Part shown: piece after piece, positions 1-12,129 of the stretch
Numbering within the stretch: position 1 is the first letter of the stretch
Layout of the letters: every line of letters starts with the position of its first letter
Source of the DNA: Eledone cirrhosa
Taxonomy: Eukaryota
Direction of reading: 5' to 3'
DNA: 64,000 nt
Assembly: GCA_964016885.1 (NCBI GenBank)
Contig: OZ024761.1
Location: 1,612,001-1,676,000 of the forward strand
The notes under the pieces: generated by a model
Database searches by the model: none
Told to the model about the DNA's origin: nothing
The model's input: only the letters and a program-made list of their open reading frames with translations
Translations under genes and position numbers: made by a program

Positions 1-1110
1 ACTCGTTTTGAAACACGAAAGCATCAAAAGATCATATTCCATTACAAAAGATGCACAAAGATACAGTAATGGACTACAAATTTCAGAAGTCCCATTTACT
101 GCTGAAATGGAAAACACAGAAAAAGCAAAGCAGGTAAAAGTAACTGCAAAGAAAGAACTGCTACAGAAACTGGCTAAGAAATGGCAAGAAAAGCCTCTGT
201 ATGGAAAATACCCAGAGCGAGCTAACAATCCTGATGTTGACAAAACTTTAACCCATCAGTGGTTGGCATCCTCTGGACTGAAATCGGAGACTGAAGGACT
301 GAAAATATCAGCACAAGATCAGTGTCTGCCAACAAAAAATTACCAAGCCAACATAATAAAAAATGGATGCAGCCCATTATGCCGTGTATGCAAAAAACAA
401 CCAGAGACCATTGACCATATAATTTCAATGTGCAGTCCTATAGCTCCAACCGAATACCTAAACAGGCATGACAGAGCTGCACAATACATACATTGGATAA
501 TGTGTAAGCATTTTGACCTGCCCCATCAAAAGAATTGGTGGGAGCATCAACCACCTCCCATACTTGAAAAAGATCACATCTCAATCCTGTGAAACTTTAG
601 CATCCAAGCAGACCGAAAAATAAATGCAAATAGACTTGATATAATATTGAAGGACTTTAAAAAGAGGGTATGCCTGCTAATTGATATGTCTGTTCCAATA
701 GACAAGAATGTATCTATAAAACATTTGAAAAATTGAGCAAGTATAAGGACCTGGAGATAGAAATTGGAAAAATGTGGAAATTGAGAACTAAAATAATACC
801 AGTGGTTGTAGGCGCTCTGGGAATGATACCTAAGGGGTCTATTGATTACTTATCGCAAATCCCAGGAAACCCGCGTATAGGAGAAATACAAAAGATAGTA
901 CTAATGGGAACTGCCCATATACTAAGGAAGATTCTGTCAATATAAGTACATCACAAGTCTAAACACTAAAGATGCATGTGTGAGTATGTATGTTCTTTCT
1001 TGAACATGGCGGACCTTGTTGTCTCTTGAGGTCACTGGTTGTGACTTGGTGATAACTCGTATGAACATAAAGCAAGATAAATGCAACTGTAATAATAATA
1101 ATAATAATAA
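1..1110 (+). mobile_element. 3' part of an R4/Dong-type non-LTR retrotransposon (CCHC knuckle + restriction-like endonuclease), inactivated
   Basis: ORFs 8-592 and 733-945 give WL..SGLKSETEG, CRVC..ETIDHIISMC, RHD, a D..ID..P.D-type RLE region and KY.DL.IEI..MW...IIPVVVGALG. There is a TGA at a Trp position (590-592) and a frameshift. The element ends in (TAA)n at about 1090-1110. Confidence 0.9.
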
Positions 1111-1112
1111 TG

Positions 1113-1975
1113 GTTTCTTTAATAGCCACACAGGGTTTCCATTAAGAGGTCAATAAAGATGGTACAGGGTGGTACAGTGTGTGTTTTCTGTATAAGAGAA
1201 AGGTTTATAATAAAGTCTAAAAAAATAAACATTTAAAAAAATCAAACATAACAAATTCTCCCAAAGTGGGAATACCTCCAAAGGTATCCAAGAAAGCCCA
1301 CAAAAAAAGCCATGGTAACTTTGATTGCTAAGGCAAGTGCCCTCTCCCAGTTGTTCTCCAATTTACAGACACATACTCAGTGCAAGCCCATTCACTTAGA
1401 CTATGCTCACCTCTCTCACCCACCTTTCAACAAACTGGTTGGAAGGTAGCATTTCCCTTTCCACCTTGATTTTTCTTTTCAGGTGAAACCTGAAAAAGTT
1501 AATCATAGCTTCGTCAAAGAGGAAAGTGCTTTCCTTCAATCCTTTCAAACGTGTCCATCATACAACCTCTTTTGCCATTGACAGCAGGCAGATAAAATTT
1601 GCCTGGCCTTCCCCTCTAAAAAGAGATGACATTGTGATCTTCACAATGGACTCAGTAGATAGTTGAATCCATCCCACATGTGACAAGTCAGCAATACCTG
1701 GACACTTGATGAGTGCATGCAGGATGGGTTCATCACCATGCACACATCACAGGCAGGCCCAGCTGTAGAGTTTATCTCGAACTAGCAAGCCCCCCCCCCC
1801 CCCCCCGGTAGCACTGCCAGACTAGAGATTTCTCAAAGTTATCCATGGGCCTGTGTTATCTCATCCCAGTGTTTGTCCATTTGAAGGTCCAGACCAAACC
1901 AGATACCAAGTATTTCAACCACCCTGTCTCTCCAGTGCCCGATGATGTCATTGGACGGCATGGACCTGCCTTCTG
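1113..1975 (-). mobile_element. Decayed, internally deleted Tx1/L1-like LINE 3' fragment
   Basis: The minus strand reads VEILGIWFG.DLQMDKHW (RT thumb-like, about 1865-1920) and C..C..DEPILHALIKCP...AKEVVxWTRLKG (CCHC-like C-terminus). Confidence 0.65.
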
Positions 1976-1981
1976 AAGCTA

Positions 1982-2335
1982 CGAGATTTTGATATTATTT
2001 ATTTTGAGAACAAAACCTTAACATCAGTATGAGTGGCCAGTTACGGCCGGTTTGAACAGAAAGGGGTGAGAGAATCCTGGCCGGATACAGCCAGATTAAA
2101 TGCTAAGGGGTTAATCTCACCAGGATTAATTTTAAGAGCAAGGTCTTTAACCCTTAACCATTTACATTACTCTATATTTACTATTGTGTTTTTGTGGTAA
2201 AGGCTTTATCTCACATAATATCGAAACTACAAGATTTCGATATCATTTATTTTGAGAATAATACCTTAACATCAGTATGAATGGCTAGTTACAACCAGTT
2301 TGAACAGAAAGAGGTGAGAGAATCCTGGCCGGATA
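1982..2335 (+). mobile_element. Two partial copies of a piggyBac-like MITE
   Basis: Both match 27745-27946. One ends aaatgctaaggggttaa and the other starts ttaacccttaaccattt. Confidence 0.7.
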
Positions 2336-2534
2336 TCATCATCATCATCATCATCTTCGTTTAACGTCCATCTTCCACACTAGTATGGGTTAGATGGGCC
2401 ACATATGGTTTGTTTAAAGTCCTAAAAGGTTAAAGAGATTATACAGTGATTTAGAGATTGATCACTGAAAGTTGTATTATTATTGCTTGTTAAGGTTCAC
2501 AACAACCAGGATTCTGCAGAAGTAGCTAAATGTA

Positions 2535-2997
2535 AAGGGCAGCATCTTTAGAGCATCAGACAACATAGAGTTACGCCTACGTTCCGTTCTGAGTTCAAAT
2601 TCCGCAAAGGTTAACTTTGCCTTTCATCCTTAGAGGGGTCAATAAACCAAAGTACCAGTAATGCATTGGTGGTAGTGGTGTGGTGGTGGTGGTGTGACAG
2701 CTCACACTTATGCAGGTTTAGCTGGCCTCCTCCAAGGTATATCTGGTTGGAGGTGTCTTGGGTGATTTAATGACAGGGACCCCAATCCTATCATCTCATT
2801 TCTACAGTTGAGTAAACTCGAGCAACATGAAATAAAGTGTCTTGCTCAAGGAAACAGCACATCACCCGGTCCGAGAATTGAACTCACAACCTTTCGATTG
2901 CAAGCCCAATGCTCTAACCACTAAGCCATACGCTTGCATTGGGGTTAATTTAATCGAGGCAAAAAAATTGTTGGCCTTGTGCCTAAATCAGAAACCA
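2535..2997 (+). mobile_element. tRNA-derived SINE family A, interrupted by a minus-strand family B SINE (about 2670-2934)
   Basis: Box B-like gagttcaaattcc and body ctttgcctttcatcc...aaagtaccag. The nested copy has a tggcttagtggttagagc tRNA head and is flanked by a tgcattgg duplication. Confidence 0.8.
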
Positions 2998-3643
2998 TTA
3001 TTATTTTGTTTATAAAAAAATGGAAATAAATGTTGTTTGTGTGACTGGCTGTGTGTCATGACAATTGAGGAAAGATGGAAATAGAGAAAGAGTGTGTAAA
3101 AGGAACATAGAACGTTTTAAAATACCTCTCCCTGCTCTCTCTTTAGGATATCCTGGTTTACCTGTCCGTAGTTCTGTTTCTGATTGGCTTAGATACCTGA
3201 GGCATTAGCATTTAAATTTATATTTATTATTGTAATTTCCAGCAAAAGGCTTTACTTCACATACAATTGAATCTATGAAATTTAATGTTTTTTTTTATTT
3301 TGAGAACAATACCTTAACGTACTATGAATGAGCCATTATGGCTAGTGGTGAAAGAATTCATGTCAGATATTACCTTGTTTACAAAACAAAATTGTCTGTA
3401 TTTAATAACGTGAGTTTAGTCTGTTTGGTTTACAGTTGTGAGTTTGATTCTAAAGTGGACGTGTAGGCACCACAGAAAAAAAACACCCAGCACTCACTGT
3501 AAAGTGGATGTGTAGGCGCCACAGAAAAAAAGCACCCAGCACTCACTGTAAATGGGGTTGGTGTTAGGAAGGGCATCCAGCTGTAGAAATCAAGCCCGAA
3601 TCAGTTCCCGTCCCACCCTTGCAAGCAGGGAAAAGCGGAGAAA

Positions 3644-3889
3644 ATGATGAATTTCTTTAAGAACCAGAGGCTCAGTATCGAACTAGACCCAAATAGAAAG
3701 GTAGTTAACTTCCTAGACACTACCCTAAACCTGAACACTGAGCAATACTACCCCTACCACAAGCCCAACGAGAAACTGGTATATGTTAACGCCAAGTCAA
3801 ACTACCCTAGATCCATAATTAAGGCTGTAGTGAAGAGTGTCTTGGACAGGATCTCCAGCCTGTCCGCAAATAAGGAGATCTTCATATAA
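3644..3889 (+). mobile_element. Penelope-like (Naiad-type) RT fragment
   Basis: VVNFLDTTLNL...PYHKPNE.L.YVN.KSNYP.SIIK....RIS.LS is homologous to the ORFs at 9987-11351 and 33736-35088. Confidence 0.85.
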
Positions 3890-4302
3890 TCCGAGGCGCC
3901 ATGATGGGGATAGCACACCGGAAACCCTGACCCATGGTATCCGGGAGGGAGGGAACCCTAACAATACAGGCAGAGTGGAAACAACTAAACACTATGGGCC
4001 CGACACCACCACATTGGGGAGGGGGACGCGTATGCATAACCATGGGAGGAAACCCAATACGAGTAGCGGTCTCAGGGGTGATACTAACCACCCCGGCCCC
4101 GACGCCCCAACCGCAAAACACGAAGAGGGACTGATGGAGGACCATCCCATTGTAGAACTCCCAGCGTGGGCAACAACAGATAAGGGCCGGGAAGTTAGCG
4201 AAACACATAGCGCCCAAAGGAGAAGCAGCAACGCAGGAACCGCTAGCAACCCAACAACTCCGCAACAGCCCACGGCACGCTCAACCCACCCACATATATA
4301 TT

Positions 4303-4345
<43 letters not shown>

Positions 4346-4856
4346 TATATATATATATATATGCATATATATATATATGTGTGTACATGATTAAATGTAA
4401 TTCTATAAAAGAAATTATTTAGACCAGAAATAAAAAAAGGAATGAGCAATCCCCCTCCCCCCTTCACCCCACTTTCACCCTCAACCCTGCACCCAGTCTC
4501 AAGGATTTACTTAACTTTTTATATAGAAATGTTGGTGTAACTTTAAACAATGTAGGGTTGAAAACAACCAAAAAATAACAACACCACCACCACCTTCACC
4601 ACTAACAACATCAACGCCGACACCACCATCACCACTAACAACAATAGCAACGCCAACGCCACTCTCACCACCGCCATCATCATCATCAACAACAACAACA
4701 ACACCTCCACCACCATCAACAACAACAACAACACCAACTGTGGTATAAGAACAGTTGTGAACAAGATATAAAACTCATAATTAATGTGGAATGTACAAGA
4801 ATAGTTTTATGACTCTGAAGACTTTTCCCAGGACAGGACAACCACCCATTGCAGGT

Positions 4857-5402
4857 TTAACACTTTAGCATTTAAACCAGTTATATACAATCAGAATTCT
4901 CTCACCTCTTTCTTGTTCAAACTGGCTGTAACCGGCTGCTCATACTGATTTTAAGGTATTCTTCTCAAAATGAATAATTGTTTCTACTTTTTGCACAAGG
5001 CCAGCAATTACCTCAGTGCATTACTGGTACTTTCTTTTATCAACCCCGTAAGGATGAAAGGCAAAGTGAACCTCAGCGGGATTTGCTGTAACAGGTTGCT
5101 CATACTGATTTTAAGGTATTCTTCTCAAAATGAATAATTGTTTCTACTTTTGCCACAAGGCCAGCAATTATCTCAGTGCATTACTAGTACTTTATTTTAT
5201 CAACCCCATAAGGATGAAAGGCAAAGTTAACCTCGACGGGATTTGAGCTCAGACCGTAAAGGGTCGTAACTCTATGCTACAAAAGCATGGTGTCCAACCC
5301 TAATAATATCAAAATCTCATAGATTCGATATTATGTGAGGTAAAGTGTTTACCTTGAAAATACAATAGTAACTATAGAGTAATGTAAATGTTATAGGGTT
5401 AA
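4857..5402 (-). mobile_element. piggyBac-like MITE with TTAA TSD, carrying two SINE-A insertions
   Basis: Termini ttaa-cactttagcattt ... aaatgttataggg-ttaa. SINE-A pieces lie at about 4975-5085 and 5135-5300. Confidence 0.7.
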
Positions 5403-6452
5403 TGTCTGTCTCAAGCCTTCCCCCAGGACATCAGTCCATTCCAGGGTTAATGTCTGTCCCAAGCCGTCTCCCTGGACAGAACACCAGTCCATTTCAGGGT
5501 TAAAGTCTGTCCCATGCTTTCTCTGTGGACAGAACGCCAGTCCATTGCAGGGTTAAAGTCTGTCCCAAGCCCTTCTCCTGGATATGACATCAGTCCATTG
5601 CAGGGTTAAAGTCTGTCCCAAGCCCTACCCCTGGACAGGACCCCAGTCCATTACAAGGTAAAGTCTGTCCCAAGCCCTACCCCTGAACATGACATCAGTC
5701 CATTGCAGGGTTAATGTCTGTCCCAAGCCCTACCCCTAGACAGGACCCCAGTCCATTACAAGGTAAAGTCTGTCCCAAGCCCTAGCCCTGGACATGACAT
5801 CAGTCCATTGCAGGGTTAATGTCTGTCCCAAGCCCTACCCCTAGACAGGACCCCAGTCCATTACAAGGTAAAGTCTGTCCCAAGCCCTACCCCTGAACAT
5901 GACATCAGTCCATTGCAGGGTTAAAGTCTGTCCCAAGCCCTACCCCTGGACAGGACCCCAGTCCATTACAAGGTAAAGTCTGTCCCAAGCCCTACCCCTG
6001 AACATGACATCAGTCCATTGCAGGGTTAATGTCTGTCCCAAGCCCTACCCCTAGACAGGACCCCAGTCCATTACAAGGTAAAGTCTGTCCCAAGCCCTAG
6101 CCCTGGACATGACATCAGTCCATTGCAGGGTTAATGTCTGTCCCAAGCCCTACCCCTAGACAGGACCCCAGTCCATTACAAGGTAAAGTCTGTCCCAAGC
6201 CCTAGCCCTGGACATGACATCAGTCCATTACAGGGTTAAAGTCTGTCCCAAGCCCTACCCCTGGACAGGACCCAAGTCCATTACAAGGTAAAGTCTGTCC
6301 CAAGCCCTACCCCTGGACATGACATCAGTCCATTACAAGGTAAAGTCTGTCCCAAGCCCTAGCCCTGGACATGACATCAGTCCATTACAAGGTAAAGTCT
6401 GTCCCAAGCCCTACCCCTGGAAATGACATCAGTCCATTGCAGGATTAAAGTC
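5398..6452. repeat. Minisatellite of about 20 monomers of 52-53 bp, mostly in a 105-bp A/B dimer
   Basis: cagtccattgcagggttaaagtctgtcccaagccctacccctggacaggaccc alternates with a ...ttacaaggtaaag...gacatgacat variant. Unit starts are at 5591, 5644 and 5696. Confidence 0.95.
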
Positions 6453-6618
6453 TTTAAATCCTTCAACCAATGACCTCCACCCATCCCAATCCACACCCTC
6501 TCCTATCACCAGAAAAGAAAAGATATAAATACCACTATTTACTTGGGCAGCCAGCTCCCTGACGATTTCTCACGAATGAAACAGTTCTAGTACTGTAGAA
6601 GCTCTTCTATATTAAAAC

Positions 6619-7042
<424 letters not shown>

Positions 7043-7136
7043 TATATATATATATATACTATCCAGTGAACCTTCAACCGTCAAGGTTGTTTGTTTTTCT
7101 ACGGGTATGTCAACATTTATAAAACAAATTTTGTAT

Positions 7137-7196
7137 TTTATCTGATGAAAGAGCACCAAAAATGACATGGTTGCCCTTGAAATATATATAAAATAA
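7137..7196 (+). ncRNA. Type I hammerhead ribozyme motif
   Basis: tttat-CTGATGA-aagagca..tgccctt-GAAAT-ATAT-ATA-aata. Confidence 0.65.
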
Positions 7197-7253
7197 TTAT
7201 GGTTTTATAAATATAGTTTCCATTTATTAATATATTGTATATATATATATATA

Positions 7254-8088
7254 TAAACAATTAAGTTAAAAATGTACATCTACATATGCATACTGAAATA
7301 CTAGTGTGTATATGAATACACACACGTATACATATGCAGATGTAACAAGTCTTTCACTGGTTGCTTTACTGTGAGCAACCCAGCTATTCTGTATGTAAAC
7401 ATACAGACAAACCGGTTTTTAGAGTCATACTGGTTTTCGAGGAAACACCTTCCCTCTATTCTCCAGAAAGCCAGACAAGGAATATTGAACTAGTTTCGTT
7501 GTTGTTACAACTCATCAGCAATATTTACCTATCTACCGGCCTTTCTGGAGAATTGTAAAAGCACATATCGTTATATGCTTTTTCTATGAAAATTAGTAGT
7601 GGGCAGACTAATTTGCATAGAGTGTGAGTACGCACCGGTTCAGCGGAGACGATAAAAACAAATAACGAAACGAAATTAAATTTCGTTTCGTTTGTAACTC
7701 ACTTTTGTATGACTGACGCTTAAACAATTAAGTTAAAAATGTACATCTACATATGCATACTGAAATACTAGTGTGTATATGAATACACACACGTATACAT
7801 ATGTAGATGTAACAAGTCTTTCACTGGTTGCTTTACTGTGAGCAACCCACCTATTCTGTATGTAAACATACAGACAAATCATTTCGTTATTTGTTTTTAT
7901 CGTCTCCGCTGAACCAGTGAAAGACTTGTTACATCTGCATATGTATACGTGTGTGTATTCATATACACACTAGTATTTCAGTATGCATATGTAGATATAC
8001 ATTTTTAACTTAATTGTTTAAGCGTCAGTCATACAAAAGTGAGTTACAAACGAAACGAAATTTAATTTCGTTTCGTTATTTGTTTTTA
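7254..8088 (-). mobile_element. Retrozyme-like family 1: 467-bp non-coding hammerhead unit as 1.3 tandem copies (-) plus an inverted, deleted arm (+)
   Basis: 7254-7410 is repeated at 7721-7877 (period 467). Hammerhead at 7481-7525 (-), octamer at 7611-7618 (-). Near-identical to 38139-38590. Confidence 0.85.
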
Positions 8089-8278
8089 TATATATATATA
8101 TATACAACTATATCATCATCATCATCATCATCATCATCGTTTAACGTCCATGTTCCACGCTTGCATAGGTTTGGACGGGAGTTTTCCCCACTTGAGGCAA
8201 GAGTGGTTGTCTTGCTCGCATAGGACTGTCTGGCGGGTTTTCTACAGCTGGATGCCCTTCATAACATCAACCACATTT

Positions 8279-8381
<103 letters not shown>

Positions 8382-8387
8382 GTATCA

Positions 8388-8738
8388 CGATAAATTAACG
8401 GAGCCATAGACTCTTTATTCCCTGTCAATAATGTGCTCAAAGGAAAAGGAATCCTGAACTCTTTAAAATACAATATGTTGAAAAGGTAACCCACTAGAGA
8501 GAGAAAGTGTGCCATCAATAAAACAGGGAAAACCACCAGTGTATGGAATCTACACTCTATGGAAGGCAGGGTAAACACACAATAATTAAAAATATAAATT
8601 AAAATGTATATACCCACGTCTAGAGGTGCGTATATACATTTTAATTTATATTTTTAATAATTGTGTGTCTACCCTGCCTTCCATAGAGCATAGATTCCAT
8701 ACACTGGTGGTTTTCCCTATTTTATTTATGGCACACTT
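8388..8738 (-). mobile_element. Short palindromic insertion in (TA)n
   Basis: 8503-8617 is inverted at 8625-8738, with a unique extension at 8388-8502. Confidence 0.65.
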
Positions 8739-8804
8739 ATACACATATGTATATATATATATATTTAAATATATATATATATATATACACACACATATAT
8801 ATGT

Positions 8805-8843
<39 letters not shown>

Positions 8844-9579
8844 GAAAGATTTGAATGGATACAGTTTAGTTGAAAGGAATTTATTGACACGTGTTTCTAT
8901 AACAGTTACGTAACCTAAAACAGCTGCTATCTACAAACTTTTAGTTATGCAGACATTCAATATTTCAATGTTATTATTTACTGTCATTTCATCAGAATAA
9001 TATTACTGAGGACCTATTTAGTTTTTATAGAGAATATTAGGAGGGAGGGGTGAAGTTGTTAGAAGAATAGTTGAAGGAGTGGTTTTTCGATAGCAGTGAG
9101 AATTCTTGGTGGCAGTGAGTAATTAGATTCCCATCTGTTGTTTTGACATTTTTTATAGAATATATTATTGGTTATTTTTCTAAATCTATAGAAGGATTAG
9201 AGATAGTAAAGATATGCGTGGTTGGTTTTGTGTTTGCACTTAATTAACATTCAGACTTAAATTTTTCTTTCAAGTGTACGTATCCTTTCACCCACGCATT
9301 CACACACAAATATATTTGCACACCTCTACAAAATACATATACTCACAATTTACATATTCATACTTACATATATATACACATGCATACACATATATATACA
9401 CACATGTATTCATGTACATACAATGTGTATACATTTTCATACTTAACTTATCTTTATATACACATGTATAGACACACACATATATACATACTTACTCTAG
9501 GCCATGTGTACACACATACACATACATACACATCCATATACACATATATACATACATATACATATATATATACATATAG

Positions 9580-9685
<106 letters not shown>

Positions 9686-9986
9686 CATATACATATATAT
9701 ATACACATATATATAAGCACTTTAATACATGAATACACTTACATCTAACTATACACATCAAACATATATATATATATTTACTTATTTATATACATTTTCA
9801 CATATATATACATACTTATGGACGTTTTTAGACACATTCATTATCGCATATTTGCACCTATTCTCATCAGCATATCTTTCCATTATTAGTGTGGTAATTT
9901 AAGGTTATTAATATATGTTGAGAAGAGATTGTTTTTATATTTTTCTAACTAGATTAAGGTTTATATAGTTGGGGGATGTCCCTCTT

Positions 9987-11351
9987 TTATGTAATATTCG
10001 GCTTGTAGTGGGAAAAAAGGGTTTTAGTTCTGTGACGGCAGAATAATGTTCGTTCAATTCTGTTATTCAGCAGTTTCTTCTTGTGTGTGATTATGTAATA
10101 AATCTCAAGATTACACAATTTGCAGAAATTTTGGCTCCTGGAAAAGCTTTGGGTTTTAGCTAATTTCTCCCATTTTAGGGTAAACTTTTGATCGCTATCC
10201 CTGAGCGTCCAAGCTTTTTCTGCTAAAGTTGTTACATTTCTTTGGCTCTGGTGTTTTATTGAGTAAGAATGCCTATACAATCGAGATTTAAACGATGTTG
10301 CCGTTGATCCCACGTAATACCACTCGTTGCCTCCGGATTTAATGGTACACTTATAAATAATATTTTTTTCCAGGCAGTTATTGCCGAGGGGGCAGTTGTC
10401 AGGATAGGTGCAGTTACAGTTGTGTACGTTGGGTTTTCTCTGGAGTAGTATTGCGGACGAACTTAGGTGTGGTTTATTTATGTTCTGTAGTGTATTGTCT
10501 ACTGTTTTTTTTGTGTTCTTTGTACTTAAGTTCTTAGTGTTTTCGTTTAACCTTCTAGTATTGATCTTTTTTATGTGTTGTTCAAGGTTTAACGCTGTAG
10601 AGTATGACAGTCTTATAGTGGTAGGGTTTAGGATTTTGTGGTATTTGTGTGATGTGGGAAAATGTCTTTTAATTATTTTAAAGAAGAGTACTGGTAAATT
10701 TGTACTAATGGAACTATTGTATTCGGGGTTATACCATAAGTACTCTTTGCATCGCTTTCTATTAGTTTTGTTTGTTGGTTTACTGGTGTGCATACTATGG
10801 TAGTAAGTGTGGTTTGGTGTTGTGTTATTATATCTACCTATGTGGGATTTATTTTGGGTGTTTTGATTGTTCCCATCTATGTACTCTATTTTGTTGAGGT
10901 AGCCTGCTTTACTAAGGGCGTTATCGTAGTACTCGGCGTGTTCCTTAAATACTTGTATGTTAGAAGATAGACCCGAGATTCTAAGGGAAATATTTTTAGG
11001 GATAGATTTAATTATAGAGATGGGGTGGTTAGACCCAACATTTACGTATTTGAGATTTTCATTCAATTTATGAAACGGTTTAATTAAACCAGAGTTTAAA
11101 TTGAGTGTGACATCCAGGAAGTTAACTACTTTAAGGTTGTATTCATATGTTATAGTTAGTCCTATTTCGAGTAGTAGTTTTCTTATATCTTTGCGTAGTT
11201 TTTCTAGTTTTTGGTTATTAAGGTTTTTAGCTAGGAGGAGAACATCGTCGCGGTATATTCCGCCGTGGAGATTGCTGAATTTTTCCTGGAGTCTAAAGGC
11301 GATAAATAACCCCACAATATCAGTTATTTCCGCCGAATCGTTAGAGCCCAT
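9987..11351 (-). CDS. Penelope-like RT (C-terminal part) + CNC/CPL/C linker + GIY-YIG endonuclease, truncated
   Basis: MGSNDSAEITDIVG, GGIYRDD, VNFLDVTLNL, WYNP, CNC..CPL..CL, IIYKC..YVGST..FKSR and CKLCNLE. Confidence 0.9.
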   Translation of the reverse strand: MGSNDSAEITDIVGLFIAFRLQEKFSNLHGGIYRDDVLLLAKNLNNQKLEKLRKDIRKLLLEIGLTITYEYNLKVVNFLDVTLNLNSGLIKPFHKLNENLKYVNVGSNHPISIIKSIPKNISLRISGLSSNIQVFKEHAEYYDNALSKAGYLNKIEYIDGNNQNTQNKSHIGRYNNTTPNHTYYHSMHTSKPTNKTNRKRCKEYLWYNPEYNSSISTNLPVLFFKIIKRHFPTSHKYHKILNPTTIRLSYSTALNLEQHIKKINTRRLNENTKNLSTKNTKKTVDNTLQNINKPHLSSSAILLQRKPNVHNCNCTYPDNCPLGNNCLEKNIIYKCTIKSGGNEWYYVGSTATSFKSRLYRHSYSIKHQSQRNVTTLAEKAWTLRDSDQKFTLKWEKLAKTQSFSRSQNFCKLCNLEIYYIITHKKKLLNNRIERTLFCRHRTKTLFSHYKPNIT

Positions 11352-11417
11352 TGTTATGTCAAAGTTAGAGGGTCTATCTTTAAAAAACTATAAAAACTAA
11401 ATAGGTCCTCAGTAATA

Positions 11418-11537
11418 TTATTCTGATGAAATGACAGTAAATAATAACATTGAAATATTGAATGTCTGCATAACTAAAAGTTTGTAGATAGCAGCTGTTT
11501 TAGGTTATGTAACTGTTATAGAAACACGTGTCAATAT
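11418..11537 (+). ncRNA. Type I hammerhead with long stem II insertion (mirror copy at about 8880-9000, minus)
   Basis: tatt-CTGATGA-a-atgacagt...actgttat-a-GAAAC-ACGT-GTC-aata. Confidence 0.75.
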
Positions 11538-12129
11538 ATTCCTTTCAACTAAACTGTATCCATTCAAATCTTTCTATTTTTCTCCGGATTACTTTTGGAA
11601 CTACAACTGGAACCGTCGAGCAAACTCTACGTGAGCTGATAATCTACTGTGTGTAATATTTATATTACAACACAACGGAAAATACTGTATATATATATAT
11701 ATATATATATATACATACACACACACATATATATCTGACACCATCCACCACCTTCACCACCACCACTACTACCACCGCCACCATCACTAGCACTATCCAC
11801 CACCACTAGCACCATCCACCACCACCACCATCGCCACCAGCAGTCACCATCCACCATCACCACTATCACCATCACTGACACCATCCACCACCTCCACCAC
11901 TACCACCACCACCACCATCACCAGCGTAAAGCAAACAATTATTATTATTATTATATAAAAACTGAACTGGACTGGGAAAAGTCAACAGTTGACATGATTT
12001 TGATTTTGTATCAGTACTGCCGGTAATTTATATATATGTGTGTATGTGAGTGGTGTGTGTGTTTGTATGCATGAGTGTTGGTGTGTGAGTGTGTGTGTGC
12101 GTGTCGTGTCAATAAGTTTTTTTTTTATG

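Noticed and set aside
5398-6452. CRISPR-like appearance of the tandem arrays (also 15587-16095 and 54770-56058)
   Set aside because: There are no unique spacers and no cas genes, and the context is eukaryotic. These are minisatellites.
7361-7558. Repeated 65-aa ORF (also 38305-38502)
   Set aside because: It has a non-ATG start, is antisense to the ribozyme, and is conserved only because the repeat copies are near-identical.
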